From Podarcis gaigeae (taxonomy: Eukaryota): a stretch of DNA of 64,000 nucleotides. The stretch lies in NCBI GenBank assembly GCA_964106915.2, contig OZ066923.1, one strand, 5' to 3'. The position numbers and the translations under genes are program-made. Shown here piece by piece: positions 1-12,449 of the stretch. Position 1 is the first letter of the stretch. Each line of letters starts with the position of its first letter. The notes under the pieces were generated by a model, which saw nothing but the letters and a program-made list of their open reading frames with translations, was not told where the DNA came from and searched no databases.

Positions 1-348
1 GTTTGGTCGGACCAGCAGGGGTTTGGGTGGCAGAGCTGGTGGATCTGTAGGGATGGGGATGGAAAGGCTGTGAGGTAGCGGGACAGGGCGCCTCAGTGTC
101 CGCTCATAAACGCTATAAGGTGGCGGAGTCTTGCTCTCTTTTCTCACGGGCTCTTCGGACATGTTGCAGTTAGAAATAGGTACTGGGTGCTCCATGACTT
201 GAGTTTCAAAGCCGGACGTCTCAGACGTGCTACACCGACTGAGGGAGGAGATGCCACTGCTGTAACTTCCAGACAAGACTGGGGAGTTGGAAATGAGTCC
301 CGAGGAATGGTAGTCCACAGGAGATGGAGTAAACGATTGTATTGAACC
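1..348 (-). CDS. DOCK4: DOCK4 terminal coding exon (runs off window)
   Basis: cccag|GGT; GSIQSFTPSPVDYHSSGLISNSPVLSGSYSSGISSLSRCSTSETSGF...KTPPPYSVYERTLRRPVPLPHSLSIPIPTDPPALPPKPLLVRPN; contains PPxY and PxxPxK motifs. Confidence 0.96.
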
Positions 349-1222
349 CTGGGTAAAAAGAAAAGGAATTAGTCCCCCACCACCGCCACCAATCAAAAAA
401 AAAAGAGGAGGTAGAGGAGGAAAGTATTTCTCTGAAGAAAACATGCTAAATTATGGATAAATGTTCCTTCGCAACAAGTTCTGGGTTCCATGTGATATGG
501 CACACTGAAATTATGCCCCTACCAGAAACGCAGGGCAGTTTTCTCATTTTGCACCTTCAAAACCAGAAGCTGAGCAGAGCTCTTGTTTATCACTACAGTA
601 CATGCCCATTCGCTAGCAATGCTATAAAAGCCTCTAGAATTAATGGTAGCACTGTGCCCTCTAATGCCAGATATGAGTACTTTCACAACAAATCTGTAGA
701 CTGTTAATGCTGAATCTGCTTCCCAGAATTAAACCTTTTGACTTTTCAGATCTCAGAAACAGGCAGTGGCAATACAAGATAGGAGAAGCAATTCTGTATA
801 ACAATTGCCACTGCATAAATCTTTCAAGAGAAGTAACAGTTTTTGTAGGCATTGGGTATAAAATAAAAACACATGAGTTGTTCTGTGTTCACTCCAGCTT
901 AAGGCCGCTGTCATCTGAAAGCATAGGACCAACTTGCTGCTACAGATACAGGCGCTGTCATATCAAAAAATAAAGTATATGCTTATTTTATTTATTTATT
1001 GCCTCATAACCTAACCTCTCTAAGCTGTTTTAATAAAAAGGAAACATGAATGTGCTGGTTTCAAGGGCTAAGCTTTTATGATATGAGTTACCCTCAAAAC
1101 ATTAAGATTCTGAAGGCAATATGCATGTCAGAATATGTGTCAATATTACAAGGAGAAAAGAAAAGCATCGTATTGTAAACAGGAAGAAACACAAAATAGT
1201 TCAAATTCCATTTAGCCACTAC

Positions 1223-1284
1223 CTTCATTGGTGATCTTCCAGCAGGAGAAGGGGAAACTGAGGTTAGGTGTCGAGGTGATGCTG
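1223..1284 (-). CDS. DOCK4: DOCK4 exon, 62 nt
   Basis: tttttag|CAGCATCA...ATGAAG|gtagtg; (A)ASPRHLTSVSPSPAGRSPMK; tandem acceptor allows an alternative start at 1281. Confidence 0.92.
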
Positions 1285-3063
1285 CTAAAAAAAAAAGGGA
1301 GAATTTAACAGATTTGAGAATTCTATTGTAATGAGAATAATAATGAAGCTTAAAATGGACATTATATCAAAGCTTACACACGCGCATGGACACTAAGATA
1401 AAAATTTGGTGAATTATGAGAGTGTTTGTGGGGGTGGTGTTTTTTACTCCCCTATTTTCCTCATTTCGTGCTATTTTTTCCTTTTTGTAGCAGCTTTTAC
1501 CTTACTGACAGAATTATATAGTATGTATCTATTTATGTGTAAGTGTTGCTTGATAATAACATTATGATGGCCAGTCATTATAGTCCACGTTCATCATTTA
1601 CTTTCCTTTAAAAACAAACCTAGGCTTTGTCCTCAGACCCCCAAGGAAGCAACTCCACAAGGAAAGGATCTTGCCCCCTGCCTCCATTACCATAAAAGTC
1701 ACCACCCCACAGTTCTTGCTTTTCGCCTTTGCAGCTCCAGACAGAGAGCACTGATAGAACTTTTCAACCCAGGGGCTTCTTTTATCTGCAAAAGCCCTCG
1801 AAGAATGGAGGAAAACACTTCCTCTTATTTCCCCCTCTCCAGTTGCACTGAGGACTCATAAAATATCTCTCCAGGCTGGAGGCACCAGGCTATCTCCAAT
1901 AGCAACACAACATAAGCAACACAATTGTGTGTGTGTGTGTGGACAAACAGGTAGTTGAAAAAGAGCAGGCAGCGGCAAGAAATATGGGACCCATTGCAAA
2001 AACAAAAAACTAGCCTGCAGGCCCTCTGGCAACATCCCTGTGCCTGTTTCCCACCTTCCTAGTCCCTTCCAGGTCCTTGAAAAATAACCTGTTCCCAGTC
2101 TGCTTGCCTTGTCCCTCTTCAAGCCATCTATTGCTCTACTGGGCTGGGAACATTTGGCTGCTGGCTATCATGAGCTCTTCTCATGGCGCGTCTCCTAGCC
2201 ATGCAACTCCTGGACCTACTCATCCTGGTTTCTCAGATGAAACCTGAGCTGAATTCAGCCTGTGGCAGACCATTCCCTTGCCTGGTACTAGGTAATGTTA
2301 ACAGAGAAATATGAGGGCTCCCTTGGACAAAAACCAAGGACACCAGCCAGGAATACCAGAGCAAAACAGCAGCCAGTAGGCTTGGTCTTTGTTGAAGACT
2401 GTCACAACAGGACTCCCACCTGCAACAAGGTGGAACAAGATGGAACCCCAAACAAAGGAACCCCCAAACTTTTATTAGCTGCTAATCCCCATGTTACACC
2501 CCCCCAAATACATCACACATACATCATGGTTACATCATGAAAGGGGAGGTCTGGTGGCAGTAATCTGAGCATCCTGGACCCTGCCCCATGGTTCTCCTTG
2601 CCCTCCACCAAACACCCATCAAGTGTAACAAAAAAGATATTTACATTTCCCTGTTTCCCAGCCAAGTTAATCACACCCTTTTGTCTTCATCTGGGTTTGT
2701 TATTTCTGGAATGGCTACCTGTCTGGCACTCAGGTGTCAGGATGCCAGGGATTATCACTCAGGCAGAGGGGCTGCTGAGCTCACATGTCTATATGAATTT
2801 CTGAAGTTTTCCCAGTCAGCCAGTATATAGATACATTAATCAGTGAATTGTTACATTTGGTATTGTGCAGCAAAGGCCCTTTGAATAGATAGGAAGAAAC
2901 TGTGATGAAGTGTTGTGTGGGGAAAACTCACAAAAGTCACAAAAACGATTGTGCTGATTTTGGTAGCGGGCTGCATGTACATGATATCTGCTGGAGGGTC
3001 AACCCCCCCAACCTATACATAAATTCCTGCAACAATAAGAACAGTTGTGATGTATCCACATAC

Positions 3064-3177
3064 CAGTTTGCGTGGGGCGTGGGGGCACAGGAGGAGACAT
3101 AAGCTTTGCACTCTCTGACATGTTCCTGGCTTCCTTCCCGCTGTCCAGGCTCCAGCTGCTGGGAGTGCTGTTTACAG
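3064..3177 (-). CDS. DOCK4: DOCK4 exon, 114 nt (frame-preserving)
   Basis: atccag|CT...ACTG|gtatgt; AVNSTPSSWSLDSGKEARNMSESAKLMSPPVPPRPTQT. Confidence 0.95.
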
Positions 3178-3798
3178 CTGGATAAAGATGACAAAAATCA
3201 GCATTGGTCTTCTAAGCTGTCAAAAGTTAAACTACATATAAGCCAGTTTTTCAAAGTTGGCTACAAATTCTCGATTCAGGCCCCTCGAGTGAATTTACTT
3301 AACTAGTTTCTGTAGCCTCCAGGTTAAGGGTTATCTTTCAAGGACAGGGGTTTAGGCCTCTCTTCTGCCTGAATCTACTGAGGAAGCCATTGTTTTACAT
3401 TTATTTAGACTCACTATTTCAACTTACTGAACACCACTGTGGTATTTAACTGCAATATGTATAGTACTGAATGCAAAATTGATTACAACTGTGTATATAT
3501 CTATTAGGTAGTATCTGAATAAATCATGCTTACTAAATCAATAAAAATCAATCCATTAGCTTATAATCATGACTAGGTTACAGTAAGTCCTTTATTTCAA
3601 TGGGTCTCCTATGAAGATGACTAAATGGGGTGTCACCCATTATATATATTATATTACATTATAACACTACATTGTATATTATTTCTGCTTGACAACTTTT
3701 TATTATTGTACATTGCTTTACTTTTTTTCTTATGAGAGCCACCACAGATATTTTACAGAAAGGTAAGATATGAACGTCAAAATAATTAAAATGCTTAC

Positions 3799-3871
3799 CT
3801 TTCTCAGGACCAGACAAATTAGGATCGCTTCGGGGCAAAGCACCATCTCCAATGTGATTGAACAAAATTCT
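3799..3871 (-). CDS. DOCK4: DOCK4 exon, 73 nt
   Basis: ttttag|AGA...AAAG|gtaagc; RILFNHIGDGALPRSDPNLSGPEK. Confidence 0.96.
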
Positions 3872-5800
3872 CTAAAAAAATCACAACATTTTTATGACAG
3901 CATTTTTATTAAACCTTTAGATGTTTTTTTATTAAACCTTTATATGTTTGCAAATATAAAATTAAATTTGGGAATAAATTATCTTTTAAAAAAAACCCCA
4001 GACTAAAGCATGATTGATATGGATTTTCTTTAACTATGAGTCCTAAGAGGACAGCTATAAGACAAAAAACAGAGTAATTTAATTTAAATACCATGTACAA
4101 AAACAAAGGTCAGTCAGCTCTTTCTGTATTGAAAAACGAGGGATAATTAATCTGCAGAAGGGCTATGAATTGAACAGTGAAAAAATAAGGCATTCCCGAG
4201 GCTTGCTTTTTTTAAACCAGTGGAAGCTAAAATGCTTCAGATAACATTCAAATTCAACTGCAGAAACTCTTGAGATCTTAAAAAAATATGAAAAGAGCTT
4301 CCTGATTTGGGGGGGGGGAGGGTCCTGCCTCTACTTAATAAAATATATATCTGATATAATCTGGGCAAATCCCATTCATACAACCACACTTGACTCATGT
4401 GTAAAACACCATTTTTCTAACCACCCAATGATACTGGGATTTTCTTAAGGACAGTTAGTAAATAATATATTATATAATAATTACTATATGTCATTAAGAA
4501 CTAGTTAGCAAAAGTCAACTGGATGAATTTTACAATCTCCTTTGAAAATGATAGTTTGATAGTAATACAGATACAGTCATCAGATAAACCATTTAGACCA
4601 AGTTTGTGAAGGCAACAAAACAGAGTTTATTCTAGAATATAAAGTAACATCATTTAGTCAATGGTACCTATACAAAAAATCCCAAGGCAGTTCCCACATC
4701 TCCCTCCAGGGGCAATTACTGATTATATACAAGAAGTGAGGCAAAGATGTACAAATGAAGTCTGAGTGAAGGTATGCACTTAAATTGAAGATTATAAAGT
4801 AGATTTAGATGTTTATATAACATTAGTAGGTCCTGAAAGAGCTAGTGAAAAGGAAGAAAGCACCCATAAGGTCATTGGATGTGACTGCTAAACTACCAGT
4901 AATTTCCAATTTCCAATGCAAGAGCCTAAATACTGGTTAAGCAAATGGGTCAAAATCAAGGTTAGCAAATGCAACATTTGCACGAGCTTCGGATCTTTTC
5001 TGTGGGAGAGTATACAGGGACCAGTCAAGGAACCAAAGTCACTTATAGATTAGCGGAAGCAAACTCATAAGACAAGAACTGCCAGATACCCAAGGCAAAC
5101 AATACATTAACGAGAACAGGGAACTGTGGGGTACTTGCGAAGAAAGAAAAGGGGGGAAAGTGTGGCAACTACAATGAAGCTGGAGCAGACAGTAAGGGTA
5201 TGCAAAGCTTTATCACTAGAAACATCGACATGCAGACACGTCAATTAGAAGATGGAGAATAAGCATGACAGGTCATGACAGCGCAGCCAACAGCCATATT
5301 CTCAGAACAGGAAACGATCAGACCGCCTTTCTGACCAGCCAAATGTGTCAGCAACTCGGTCTAACAGGCCAGCCTGTGAATTTGTTAAAAATGGGCAAAT
5401 CTGAGTGGCGGCGGTAAAATATGGAAATAGTTTGACTATAGCCCATGTTGTACCACCATCGCGTCCCATATTTACTAAATTCACCCCTTACAAAAACGAG
5501 GCACGTTGTTACCAAATAATGATTTTGTCCTGGTGTTGTGACATAGGGAAGTACAGCAAAAGGCAAGCAGCGTGGAAAGGAACCATACAAATGGGCAGAT
5601 TCCTGGTCAGCCACCCTGAGCATGAAGAAAGCTAGAATGATAGACTTGTCGCCCAAGTCTGGTCACCGCTGTCAAGTGCTCTTAGTGAGGTTTCTATGGT
5701 CTGAAATGAATTACTGAAACTTCCAAGTCTGTTGTTTTCATTCTCCTGAGGCAAATGACCACTTGGATCTCAATATCCAGTGCTTTCTTTTATGTGGGTA

Positions 5801-6155
5801 AAAAAGGTAAAGAGACCCCTGACCAGTCCAGGTCCAGTCGTGGCCGACTCTGGGGTTGCGGCGCTCATCTCGCTTTATTGGCCAAGGGAGCCGGCATACA
5901 GCTTCCGGGTCATGTGGCCAGCATGACTAAGCTGCTTCTGGTGAACCAGAGCAGCGCACTGAAACACCGATTACCTTCCCGTCGGAGCGGTACCTATTTA
6001 TCTACTTGCACTTTGAGGTGCTTTCGAACTGCTAGGTTGGCAGGAGCAGGGACCGAGCAACAGGAGCTCACCCCGTCGTGGGGATTCGAACCGCCGACCT
6101 TCTGATTGGCAAGTCCTAGGCTCTGTGGTTTAACCCACAGCGCCACCCGCATCCC
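5801..6155 (-). mobile_element. Sauria SINE (Squam1), full length
   Basis: tRNA-like head with B box GGTTCGAATCCC, (ACCTTT)n tail, TSD ttatgtgggta; four more copies in the window. Confidence 0.9.
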
Positions 6156-6459
6156 TTCTTATGTGGGTAGGTGGACCCAATTCTGAATGTGAGGCTACAG
6201 GGGAACTGCTATTGCCTCCAGCAATGACTTGGTGAACTGTGACAAAGCAGTAGGCCATTTCTCCCACCCCATATCCATGTCTCTAGCGATAGCCCAGAAG
6301 TCCCTTCTATGGTGATGTTCTATAGCACAGGGCCACCACAAGAAAATGTCCTTCTCCTCTTTGATTTAGTTTAAAGAGGTGACAGAGAAAAGGAACTGCT
6401 TGAGTCGTTATCTGCATAATGTTTGCATGAGAAATAGGTGGGGGGGTTTTTCTACTTAC

Positions 6460-6627
6460 CCTGTCGGGGGCTACACAGGTTGTTGACAGATTGTGAGACT
6501 TCCCTGTCAGGTAAGCCTCTGGGTGAGCAGATACTGGGCATATGTGCTCCTCAGGCTCCTTTGGTGAATCTCGGATGCATCGCGGAATAGAGGCCTCATT
6601 CCACTTGGCAAAGCAAGGGTTTGCAGG
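6460..6627 (-). CDS. Candidate alternative DOCK4 cassette exon, 168 nt
   Basis: tttttgctcccag|CCT...GACAGG|gtaagt; 56 codons with no stop; phase 0-0 matches the flanking exons; absent from the human protein as I recall it. Confidence 0.55.
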
Positions 6628-7536
6628 CTGGGAGCAAAAATGGTACAGTTCTTTCTTTGTGGCATGCACCAAAAGCCACTTTAACACAAGAACATTCCTC
6701 CAGGGGCCCATTTCCTGCCCTGGCTGCTCCAGCGGATGATAGAAAAGTTTAGGCTGATTCAAAAATAATGTTTGCTGTCGCTGAGTAAATGTCAGCTACA
6801 ATGGCAACCAGCGAGTCATAACAAGACTAGAGGAGATCACATTATAGAACGACAGAGCAAGAGCTTCCTATCGGAGAAAATGAATTACAAAGACCCAAGG
6901 GACGTTCGTTTCTGAAGATCCTTTGAAACTGCAATAATGTTCTACCAACAGAGCCAAAACTCCACAAATCATAGGAAACCTGCTCCAAGGTTTCCCCAAG
7001 TCTTAGCATGAGAACTACATTGTTAATAGCATGGTGTGGTGATGGAATGGTCTACAGAGGTTTTCAAGAAATATGCCAAGGGTAAATGTGATCGTTAAAA
7101 AGAATGGCTGTCGATTATAAATCGCATTATGTAAATGGAAAACGGTAGGTACTTTGACCTCATGTTACAAGAACTTCCTATGTAAAGGAGTCTGCGCTGC
7201 TTTAAATGATAAAACAGTGACACTAAAGGAGAAAACAAAAACAAAAATCCTGGGTTTTCTTCATTCACAACACTTCTCTGCTATTCTTCAAGAAACTGCC
7301 ATAATGAATCAAGCTAAGAAATTTAGGAGCTGAATTATTACTTACCCTAAAAGTAAACATCTAAGCATTATCATCTGATGAGGAAGATCAACAATGCTCA
7401 GAAGATCTACTGTATCTTTTACATGCACAAAAAGTAACCTGTTTGAATTCGGTAGGTAGGTCAATATCATTTCTGCCCCACAGAAGCTCACATGAGGGGC
7501 GTCTGCCCTGTCAAAGTCACCCTTAGCAATGCCTAC

Positions 7537-7646
7537 CTGTGAAGACTCAGCAGGATTTGGGTAAATGGCACTACAAGGCCTCTCCCTTGGAGACAAACAA
7601 GAATTTTCTCTGGAATGTTTAAGCTTGTCAGACAACAGAGGCGAGC
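7537..7646 (-). CDS. DOCK4: DOCK4 exon, 110 nt
   Basis: ttccag|GC...CAG|gtaggc; SPLLSDKLKHSRENSCLSPRERPCSAIYPNPAESSQ. Confidence 0.96.
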
Positions 7647-7861
7647 CTGGAACAAAAGAGAAACCTGCAGAATCAGTACAGTTCTCCTGACCTTCAGTTT
7701 GGTGTATTATTCTGGTGAGGCCACAATGGACAGAGACTCTACAGTGTCTTGCCTCGCACTGCAGAACTGCAAATGGTGTGATCGAGAAATGGGTTGCATT
7801 AAAATCATTTAGTAGTGCCCAGAAAGCTTCCTGAAGGAACTTTAGGTAATGAAGCACTAAC

Positions 7862-7943
7862 CTCTGGCACTGGATGGAGCAGAGCTGGTCACATTAGGTG
7901 AAGCTGAATGAGTGGAACTCAGGCTTGAGGTAGATGGACTTGG
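7862..7943 (-). CDS. DOCK4: DOCK4 exon, 82 nt
   Basis: ttccag|CCA...AGAG|gttagt; PSPSTSSLSSTHSASPNVTSSAPSSAR. Confidence 0.96.
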
Positions 7944-8721
7944 CTGGAAATACAAGAGTCACAATATCTCAATGTCCTCATCATGTGACATGATGATAAA
8001 CAGGTGAACAACAACATGATCTGATTCATGGTATGGTAGATTATGGAGAGGTTCAACATACAGGATCCAAGGCTTGACTTATTTAACAAATGATAAATTG
8101 CAGCAAATATATGATTGGGTGTTAAGCTGGTGACTGATGGTGCAATCCTGTGCATGTTTACTGAGAAGGTTTCAAAGGGATGTACCCAAATGTACTTGGT
8201 TGCAGCTGAAATTCACTTCTCACCCCAAAACCATAACCTCATCTTTTTGTACCGTTTATTGCCTTTACAAACCATACAGTAAACCTAGTAACTTTGTGTG
8301 TCAGGATTAACAGTGAGCCTTTTTTGTGTGATAGGAAGGAACATGGAAAGGCAGCAAACAATCAGAAACATTAACAAATGTACTCAACCTTTAAAGAATA
8401 TTTTATTTACTGAAAAAATATTCTCATCTTGCACTTGCCACCCTAAATAAAACTAGCAAATTGGTCCATAATAAAATACTAAAAATGAAAAAATGTGTTT
8501 TTGAATGTTATCCATAGAAAATTATTTCTGGTTGCTAAACTGATGACCCTTGGGATCCTTCCCAACTCTATGATCCCTTTGTTTTCTTATGCCCATTCCA
8601 CTTCTCCAAGGGGTACAGCCCTTACCCGGCTTTAGTTTCCTTTGGAGGTTCACTGGAGACTCGTGGCCTAGTTAAATATTTAAATTTATTTACCAAATAC
8701 TGTACACAGGTTGAGTACAAG

Positions 8722-9469
8722 TGATGTCTGGAAGCGGTTGGAGGATGGATGGCAGCTAACAGATTGAGGTTGAATCCTGACAAGACAGAAGTACTGTTTT
8801 TGGGGGACAGGAGGCGGGCAGGTGTGGAGGATTCCCTGGTCCTGAATGGGGTAACTGTGCCCCTGAAGGACCAGGTGCGCAGCCTGGGAGTCATTTTGGA
8901 CTCACAGCTGTCCATGGAGGCACAGGTCAAATCTGTATCCAGGGCAGCTGTGTACCAGCTCCATCTGGTACGTAGGCTGAGACCCTATCTGCCTGCAGAC
9001 TGTCTCGCCAGAGTGGTACATGCTCTGGTTATCTCCCGCTTGGACTACTGCAATGCGCTCTACGTGGGGCTACCTTTGAAGGTGACCCGGAAACTACAAC
9101 TAATCCAGAATGCGGCAGCTAGACTGGTGACTGGGAGCGGCCGCCGAGACCATATAACACCGGTCTTAAAAGACCTACATTGGCTCCCAGTACGTTTCCG
9201 AGCACAATTCAAAGTGTTGGTGCTGACCTTTAAAGCCCTAAACGGCCTCGGTCCAGTATATCTGAAGGAGCGTCTCCTCCCCCATCGTTCTGCCCGGACA
9301 CTGAGGTCCAGCTCCGAGGGCCTTCTGGCGGTTCCCTCACTGTGAGAGGCCAAGTTACAGGGAACCAGGCAGAGGGCCTTCTCGGTAGTGGCGCCCGCCC
9401 TGTGGAACGCCCTCCCATCAGATGTCAAAGCGATAAACATCTACCTGACATTCAGAAGACATATGAGGG
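8722..9469 (+). mobile_element. L2-clade LINE, 3' ORF2 fragment
   Basis: ORF 8749-9345: WMAANRLRLNPDKTE...VRSLGVILD...SRLDYCNALYVGLP...LHWLPV. Confidence 0.88.
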
Positions 9470-9581
9470 CAAATAATCTCCAAAGAGACCTGGAACTATG
9501 TGTGACAATATTTTAAATGGCTCTGCAGTTTGTTGTCATGGATTAACATGGCTTATCACCCCACTCCCAATGAAGAGAGTA

Positions 9582-9907
9582 AAGGTAAAGGGACCCCTGA
9601 CCATTAGGTCCAGTCGTGAGCGACTCTGGGGTTGCGGCGCTCATCTCGCTTTATTGGCCAAGGGAGCCAGCGTACAGCTTCCGGGTCATGTGGCCAGCAT
9701 GACTAAGCCACTTCTTAAGCCATTTACCTTCCCGCTGGAGTAGTACTGATTTATCTACTTGCACTTTGACGTGCTTTCGAACTGTTAGGTTGGCAGGATC
9801 AGGGACTGAGCAATGGGAGCTCACCCTGTTGCAGGGATTCGAACTGCAACCTTCTGATTAGCAAGCCCTAGGCTCTGTGGTTTAACCCACAGCGCCACCC
9901 GCATCCC
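9582..9907 (-). mobile_element. Sauria SINE
   Basis: Near-copy of 5801-6155 with an internal deletion; TSD caatgaag(a/c)gagta. Confidence 0.9.
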
Positions 9908-10398
9908 ACAATGAAGCGAGTACAGTAAGACCAAACCTTGATACTAATATATTTAAGATCCTCTTCTTGAATATGGAGTCTGCATGACAAAGGGTAGTTG
10001 GAGACTGAACCTTGTGGGCTTCACCATTAAGTGAAGAACAGCTTTTCTCTGGAGATTTGCCAAAGGCAAAGCTAGAGCTTCCCCCCCCCAGCACTTACTG
10101 AATGATTAGTCTTTGTTTGTCAGGATTATAAAATAAAAAGGGTATTTTAAATCCATAAATCAATATTTATATTGCAACGGGGATTGGTAGTTTCAAGCTT
10201 TATTTCTAATCCTGAGCTGATTAAATTGGATGTGCTAGAAGTGCAAATAAAAATAATGAAATAAATCTTGTAGCATCCTCAGCATCTGCTCTTTCCCTCC
10301 GTACCCCTTCAAAATAGTACCCCCAACCTCCCAAAACTAGAAAAGTCCTCAGAAAGATATAAACTAATCCAGTTGTAGACAAAGGGAACATTTTGTAC

Positions 10399-10519
10399 CT
10401 GCATGTTGAAAACTTCATCGGAGCTTTCAGACTGTCCAGTTATATTGCTGACCTCTGCAGAGGCTTGAGAGGACAGTGATGAGGAAGAGTATCTGTTGAC
10501 AGCTGGGTAACTTAAGGGG
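10399..10519 (-). CDS. DOCK4: DOCK4 exon, 121 nt
   Basis: taacag|C...CAG|gtacaa; PLSYPAVNRYSSSSLSSQASAEVSNITGQSESSDEVFNMQ. Confidence 0.96.
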
Positions 10520-10975
10520 CTGTTACAAAGAAGAAAACAAGTTTTCATCCACTCTGATCCTTTATCAGTTTGTCATATAGCGCGCGCACACACGCACACA
10601 CACACATCATACAACTAAGCCATACGACCTCCCCCCCAAAAAATATATATCCTGGAAACTGTAGTTTGTTAAAGGTGCTAGGAATTGCAGCTCTATGAGG
10701 GGTGAACTGCAACTTGCATGATACTTTGAGGGAAGCCATGTGCTTTAAACGTACGGTGTGTACTCAGCCAATGTGTCAGCACTCAAGACTGCTTTTCCAC
10801 ATGTTGGTATTGGACTTTAATGCGGATCCACATATTCTTTAGGATGGTTTTTTAAAAACACCAAAAACCACAACTGACCATGAGAATGTTGTGGGTCAAT
10901 AACAGCAGCTCATCCTACAGTAGAGAAAGGAGGGAACCTACAGGCCTCCAGGTGTTGTTGGACTACAGTTCCCAT

Positions 10976-11336
10976 TTTTTTTTAAAATAGATATTTATTA
11001 AAGTTTCAAAAATTATATAAAAACAAAACAAAACAACAATACAAACAAACACAAACAAAAACAAGTATAATTTCAATCCCTTATTTTCTTGTAACTTACT
11101 TCCCCGACTTCCTCATACCTCCCCTTTCTGTATTCCAATTTCTAATTATTAATTCAGCAAATCCTCTCCCTTATTTTTCATTTAGTTTTTAACCTTTCTT
11201 TTCTTTTTACTTAACCATTACAGCTGGAAACCACATAATTTCTAAACCAACGTCATTCTAACATTCATTAGTTTTGCAATGTTTCCTAAGATAGTCCTTA
11301 AATTTTTTCCAATCTTCTTCCGCTGTCTCTCTTCTC
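10976..11336 (-). mobile_element. 5'-truncated L1/Tx1-like LINE 3' end inserted in a MITE
   Basis: Poly(T) at the left on +; 17-bp TSD tggactacagttcccat (10959-10975, 11337-11353); minus frame ends ...AEEDWKKFKDYLRKHCKTNEC*. Confidence 0.75.
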
Positions 11337-11817
11337 TGGACTACAGTTCCCATAATCCCTAGCCACTGGCAATCCTGCCTGAGCCTGGTGGACTCCAAGA
11401 GGACTTGGGAGGTCTTCAGGTTCTCCATCCGTATTGTAGAGCAGGGTTTCCCAAACTCGGGTCTCCAGCTGTTTTTAGACTACAGCTGCCATCACCCCTG
11501 ACCACTGGTCCTGCCAGCTAGGGATAATGAGTGTTGCCCTAGAGTGTTGCAAAACTGTAAGACTAATGGGATTATCCAATTTGTGCCCTAAAACAGTTTC
11601 TCCGTTACTTCAAGCTTTCTGCCCTCCATTACAAATGCCTGCCCAACTTTATTTTTATGAATACCTTTAAATGAAGGAATCACTATAACCTCCCTTGGCA
11701 GCTGTTGTTATTATTATTATTTTCTATTTCAAGATTCTCCAACTTTGGTGAGCATTTGTCCACCTGTATAAACATGTACAAATATTGGAAACACGGAACT
11801 CCACTTTTTCCACTTAC

Positions 11818-11939
11818 CTGCGTCTGGGAATCACTCTGACACCATCTGGACTCATAGAAACTGGGATTGAATTTCTAGAGATGCGGGGGCTTCCGTTCGG
11901 AAAGTGAACTGGACTGGCCTGGATGCATGCAGCAAATTC
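11818..11939 (-). CDS. DOCK4: DOCK4 exon, 122 nt
   Basis: acttag|GAA...CAG|gtaagt; EFAACIQASPVHFPNGSPRISRNSIPVSMSPDGVRVIPRR. Confidence 0.96.
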
Positions 11940-12254
11940 CTAAGTATACATTTAAATTTGAAATATTAGGGACCAGGATAAATTTTTTAAGGGCATACTT
12001 TGTTGTTTTGAAGACAACTTTTATATATGGCAAGTATCTTGTAAAAAAAAAAAAGAATATATAAACTATAAACTAAGGAAATTAGATTTTTCTTTTTTAA
12101 TGCCCCCCCTCCACGGTATGCATTTTTCTTTGAAACAGGAAGGTATAAATTACAGTGATGTAATATAGGCCTACAACCAGAAGATGTCACTGTCTGTTGC
12201 TTAATAAATATACTATGTACAACCTAAGGGCCTTTCATCATGAATTGCACATAC

Positions 12255-12374
12255 CTGTATTCCCAAACTTGATTTCATCACAAAGAACTGATCCACTAGT
12301 TTTTTATGTAAAGGTCTCATATCTTGAGGGACAAACTTCTCATGCACAGCTAAGCCAAATTCCAGAATCTGGGC
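12255..12374 (-). CDS. DOCK4: DOCK4 exon, 120 nt
   Basis: gtgaag|GCC...CAG|gtatgt; AQILEFGLAVHEKFVPQDMRPLHKKLVDQFFVMKSSLGIQ. Confidence 0.96.
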
Positions 12375-12449
12375 CTTCACACAACAAAGGGAGAATGATT
12401 ATTAGTATTTGTCTTCATATGTATCTTTGTTATGACAGCAATTTCTAAT

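Noticed and set aside
2296-2855. Possible old minus-strand solo LTR
   Set aside because: The composition is suggestive, but I could not define matching termini or a TSD.
3659-3798. Read-through of the 73-nt exon (GKHFNYFDVHILPF), faintly like DOCK3
   Set aside because: Similarity is weak and from memory, and there is no convincing downstream donor.
4850-5670. CpG-richer block ending in Tip100-like termini (ggtcagccaccctg)
   Set aside because: No partner TIR, TSD or convincing transposase frame was found.
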